From contig CAZJCB010000002.1 of assembly GCA_964544245.1 (NCBI GenBank), positions 1 to 36,689 on the forward strand: DNA of 36,689 nucleotides. The letters are read 5' to 3'. This DNA is from an uncultured Christensenella sp. Lineage in GTDB: Bacteria; Bacillota; Clostridia; Christensenellales; Aristaeellaceae. The position numbers and the translations under genes are program-made. Below, one piece after another: positions 33,987-36,689 of this stretch; position 1 is the first letter of the stretch; each line of letters opens with the position of its first letter. The notes below the pieces were generated by a model. The model did no database searches. It was not told where the DNA came from and worked only from the letters and a program-made list of their open reading frames with translations.

Positions 33987-35629
33987 GAGTCTCAGTCAAC
34001 GGTCAGAGCATGACCTTTCAAGCGCCCCAAACACTCAGGGCAATCCTGGAAACAATGCTGCCCGGCCAGGCGGGGGACATCCTCGCATTTTTTTCAAACG
34101 GTTCCGTGCTGGAACTTGGCACGCAGCTGTACGAGTCTGCCAAACTTTTCCCAATCACCTACCTTGATGAGGAAGGCAAGCGGATATATGAGCGCTCGCT
34201 GCGCTTCGTGCTGCTCATCGCCGCGCGCAGGCTTTTCCCGGACTACAAGGTACGGATCGAGCACTCCATCGGACAGGGTGTGTACATTGAAATGGAAGGG
34301 CTGAGGCTGAACACAGCGGACGTGAACTCGCTGGAACTGACCATGCGCGACATCATTGAGGAAGACCTTCCATTCACGTTGAGCCGCTGGAGCAAGGAAG
34401 AGGCGATCGCTTATTTCAGGGATGAAGGAGACGAGGACAAGGCAAGGCTGCTCACCTACCGGCCATATGATTTTTTCAATATGTATACCTGCGGGGGAAT
34501 GTCCGAATACTTTTACGGCGCGATGCTCCCCTCCACCGGTATGCTCAAAGTTTTCGGGCTCCGGCCACGGGCGCCGGGCTTTGTCCTGCTGCTGCCGGAC
34601 CGGGAGCATCCTCACAGGGTATCTGATTATGTGAGCCTGCCCAAACATATGGCGGTATTTTCGCAGTCCAATTACTGGTGCAAGGTGCTCAACTGCGCCA
34701 CGGCAGCCAACCTGAACGACCTGATCGCCCAGAATAAACTCCGCGACTTTATCCGGGTGAATGAAGCTTTCCACAGCAAATCCCTGTCCGAGATCGCTGA
34801 AGACATCATCAACCGCGGCGCGCGCGCCATCTTTATTTCGGGCCCCTCTTCCAGCGGAAAGACGACCTTTGCCAACCGCCTGGGTATCCACCTGCGTGTC
34901 AGCGGTTTGAACCCCGTGCTGATTTCCATGGATGATTTTTACCTCAACCGCGACGAACTGCCGCTGGAAGCGGACGGCCAGCCAGACCTGGAGGCGTTCA
35001 GCGCGCTGGATGTGCCGCTCATGGTCTCCTGTATCTCAAGCCTCCTGGCCGGGCAGGAGACCCAGATGCCCAGGTTTGACTTCACAACCCAGAAAAGGTC
35101 TCCGGAATGGGCCAGCATGCGCATTGACGCGAACACCCCGCTGATCATCGAGGGCATCCACGGGCTGAATCCCGCTCTTCATGAACCCTTTGACAGGAGC
35201 CTGGTGTGCCGCATCTACATCAGCCAGCTGACCACCCTGAACCTGGACAGGCACAACCGCATCCGGACAACGGACGCCAGACTGCTGCGGCGCGTTGTTC
35301 GGGATTACCAGTTCCGCGCTACCCCTCCCCAAAAAACGCTGGCAATGTGGGACAGCGTCCGCCGGGGCGAGGAAAAGTGGATCTTCCCCTATCAGGAACA
35401 GGCAGACATTGTATTCAATTCAGCGCTCCACTATGAGCTACCGATCCTGAAGACGATTTCCTACAACATCCTTAACCAGGTGCCGAAAAACGACCCGAAC
35501 TACATCAAGTGCAGCCGGATCCTGAAAATTCTGAACTATATGCTGCCGGTGCCGGAAGAAATATTCAATGAGATCCCCCCGCTGAGCATCCTCCGCGAAT
35601 TCATCGGCGGGAATACACTTTACATGTAA
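33983..35629 (+). CDS. Fusion protein: ThrRS-N-terminal-like (TGS plus second additional domain-like) region joined to a uridine/nucleoside kinase (P-loop NMP-kinase fold)
   Basis: N-terminal MRVSVNGQSMTF..ILAFFSNGSVLELGT (TGS-like). RSLRFVLLIAARRLFPDYKVRIEHSIGQGVYIEM resembles the ThrRS HSxAHxL..LxPxxK..IGPxIxxGFYYDF segment. P-loop ISGPSSSGKTTFANRLG (nt 34841-34867), LIIEGIHGLNP, RLLRRVVRDYQFR. ATGA overlap with the exonuclease gene. Confidence 0.8.
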   Translation: MRVSVNGQSMTFQAPQTLRAILETMLPGQAGDILAFFSNGSVLELGTQLYESAKLFPITYLDEEGKRIYERSLRFVLLIAARRLFPDYKVRIEHSIGQGVYIEMEGLRLNTADVNSLELTMRDIIEEDLPFTLSRWSKEEAIAYFRDEGDEDKARLLTYRPYDFFNMYTCGGMSEYFYGAMLPSTGMLKVFGLRPRAPGFVLLLPDREHPHRVSDYVSLPKHMAVFSQSNYWCKVLNCATAANLNDLIAQNKLRDFIRVNEAFHSKSLSEIAEDIINRGARAIFISGPSSSGKTTFANRLGIHLRVSGLNPVLISMDDFYLNRDELPLEADGQPDLEAFSALDVPLMVSCISSLLAGQETQMPRFDFTTQKRSPEWASMRIDANTPLIIEGIHGLNPALHEPFDRSLVCRIYISQLTTLNLDRHNRIRTTDARLLRRVVRDYQFRATPPQKTLAMWDSVRRGEEKWIFPYQEQADIVFNSALHYELPILKTISYNILNQVPKNDPNYIKCSRILKILNYMLPVPEEIFNEIPPLSILREFIGGNTLYM

Positions 35630-35637
35630 AAGGAACA

Positions 35638-35673
35638 GCAGGCAAAAAGCATGCCATACCCTGCGTTTTCTTT
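35638..35673 (+). terminator. Weak candidate terminator after the kinase-fusion gene
   Basis: GCAGG (35638-35642) pairs with CCTGC (35660-35664), with an inner GGCA/TGCC pairing. GTTTTCTTT follows. Confidence 0.3.
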
Positions 35674-35686
35674 ATAATTGCTGAGC

Positions 35687-36406
35687 TTATACATTCCTGG
35701 TGCGAACCGTCTGGATATCGACATTTTCCGACAGCTGGCCGACCATGTCGGAAAAATGGAGATTGGACGGAAGGTGGAGGGTATAGAGGTTCGTATACAC
35801 GTTCTCTTCCGGCTTGTCAGCTGAAGGAATGTGTTCAATGTGAAAGTCAATGTCCAGTACCTTGATGTTGTTCTTCTGGATGTAATCATTGATGTAAGGC
35901 AAGGTGACTGGGCGGTTTGTAAAGCGGATCTCGACGCGCTTGACCGTGTTCACGCGGATGAGGCGCTGCAGGCCGACCAGCACCAACATGATGAACCCGC
36001 AGATGATCAGCGCCAGCCAATAGTACCCAAAACCGATGAGCAGGCCCAGGCAGGCGACGTTCCACAGACTGGCGGCTGTGGTGAGGCCGGTAATCTTCTT
36101 CTGGGCGATAAAAATGGTGCCCGCGCCAAGAAAGCCGATGCCGCTGATGACCTGTGCTGAGATACGGCCCATGGTGAGTGAAACCGGCCCTTCCATATCG
36201 GCGTTGAGCACTGAGCCGACCATCAGGCATTCCAGCACAGCCACCAGCGCCGCGCCAAGGCAGACCAGGCTGTGCGTCCGCATCCCGGCCGGCCTGTTTT
36301 TATATTCACGCTCAATCCCGATAACACAGCCGACCGTCACTGCGGCAATCAGCCGGATCAGGGCCTCATACCAGGTAAAATCATTGGCTAGAATGAGTAC
36401 CTCCAC
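35687..36406 (-). CDS. mgtC: MgtC/SapB family membrane protein
   Basis: IRLIAAVTVGCVIGIEREYKNRPAGMRTHSLVCLGAAL, GIGFLGAGTIF, plus a C-terminal soluble ACT-like domain. GTG start at 36406 with a GGGAGGG SD. Confidence 0.85.
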   Translation of the reverse strand: MEVLILANDFTWYEALIRLIAAVTVGCVIGIEREYKNRPAGMRTHSLVCLGAALVAVLECLMVGSVLNADMEGPVSLTMGRISAQVISGIGFLGAGTIFIAQKKITGLTTAASLWNVACLGLLIGFGYYWLALIICGFIMLVLVGLQRLIRVNTVKRVEIRFTNRPVTLPYINDYIQKNNIKVLDIDFHIEHIPSADKPEENVYTNLYTLHLPSNLHFSDMVGQLSENVDIQTVRTRNV

Positions 36407-36433
36407 CGCGAACCCTCCCTATTCAGAATGGGG

Positions 36434-36442
36434 GCAGTATAG
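36434..36442 (-). promoter_or_regulatory. Putative extended -10 element (TGCTATACT) for mgtC
   Basis: Minus strand TGCTATACT lies about 28 nt upstream of the mgtC GTG. No good -35 is present (TCGCTT at 17 nt). Confidence 0.3.
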
Positions 36443-36689
36443 CACAAATCGGATGGAAAAGCGATAACAATATCGGGACGGAGCAGCTGCCAGCGTTTTT
36501 GTCCCCGCCAGGATGTTCATCATGGCCGGGACATGATAAAATCCTGCCGTGGAGGAATGAGCATGGAACAGGCCTGGCTGGTCATGAACGCCTTTCTGAG
36601 GTCCCCGTCTTTCCTGAGGATGGAGGCGGAATTGCCCTAGTTTTACAGCAGCCGAAATTATCGCCAGTCCAAATTCCCTGACGCAGCAA

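Noticed and set aside
36499-36681. 60-aa plus-strand ORF from the track
   Set aside because: No SD, Gly/Pro-rich with no motif, in a low-GC3 frame within the structured intergenic region.
36424-36689. Minus-strand frame open from the window edge for 88 codons, ending at TAG 36426-36424 just before the mgtC SD
   Set aside because: Third-position GC is only about 50%, versus a strong GC3 bias in the real genes. The translation is Cys/His/Phe-rich (..CCVREFGLAIISAAVKLGQFRLHPQERRG..RYCYRFSIRFVLYCPHSE) with no motif. The region contains promoter-like and hairpin elements, so I treat it as non-coding, though a gene tail cannot be fully excluded without the flanking sequence.
36443-36689. Possible M-box (Mg2+) or ykkC-type riboswitch upstream of mgtC
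   Set aside because: The minus strand has CUAGGGCAAUUCCGCC, ACGG and GGGGACAAAAACGCUGG, loosely reminiscent of the ykkC CUAGGGUUCCG...ACGG...GGGACAAAAGCCCGGGAG elements. However, the GGUCCGAGAG element and the GGG/CCC P3 pairing are missing. None of the M-box blocks (GGUGAGG, GGGUCAACAG, CUAAAGC) is present. The similarity is too weak to call without a covariance-model search.
1-36689. Search for CRISPR arrays, tRNA/rRNA genes, IS elements, integrases, phage or toxin-antitoxin/defence modules
   Set aside because: Every intergenic gap over 60 nt is accounted for by the T-box, the FMN riboswitch, divergent promoter regions, convergent gene ends or the right-edge region. No spaced direct repeats, no transposase/integrase/RT-like ORFs, and no terminal inverted repeats were noticed by eye. 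A computational repeat search would be needed to exclude short dispersed repeats.

Overview
Densely packed core-chromosome window from a high-GC Firmicutes/Clostridia-like genome. That placement is inferred from a T-box leader on pheST, an FMN riboswitch on an ECF RibU-type gene, and a B. subtilis-like gene order (rbgA-rnhB ... dprA-topA-trmFO-hslVU). I call 33 protein-coding genes. On the minus strand: secA (truncated at the left edge) and a long co-directional array rbgA-rnhB-yraN-[1377-aa dual glycosyltransferase]-comM-dprA-topA-trmFO-hslV-hslU. Then pheS-pheT (+), deoB-punA (-) and a THUMP RNA methyltransferase (+). Next come FMN riboswitch-ribU-tsaE-tsaB-rimI (-) and traX / solute-binding protein / GHMP sugar kinase (-). 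A six-gene plus-strand block follows (split thrE pair, surE, HI0933/BaiN-type flavoprotein, DEDDh exonuclease, TGS-uridine-kinase fusion), then mgtC (-). Two riboswitch-class leaders (T-box, FMN) are clear, and several sigma-A-like promoters and weak terminators are proposed. I see no rRNA, tRNA, CRISPR array, transposase, integrase, phage gene or recognisable defence gene, and no transcription factor. Nearly all long ORFs antisense to these genes look like high-GC artefacts. I did not find a convincing self-contained novel system. The best candidates for follow-up are: (1) the fused two-module GT-C glycosyltransferase translationally coupled into a housekeeping operon; (2) the FMN riboswitch sitting upstream of overlapping ribU-tsaE-tsaB-rimI; (3) an orphan solute-binding protein coupled to a GHMP kinase with a non-canonical sugar motif; (4) the overlapping surE / flavoprotein / exonuclease / ThrRS-like nucleoside kinase block; (5) an unexplained structured non-coding region at the right edge. 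All family assignments come from motif recognition by eye; no database search was run.
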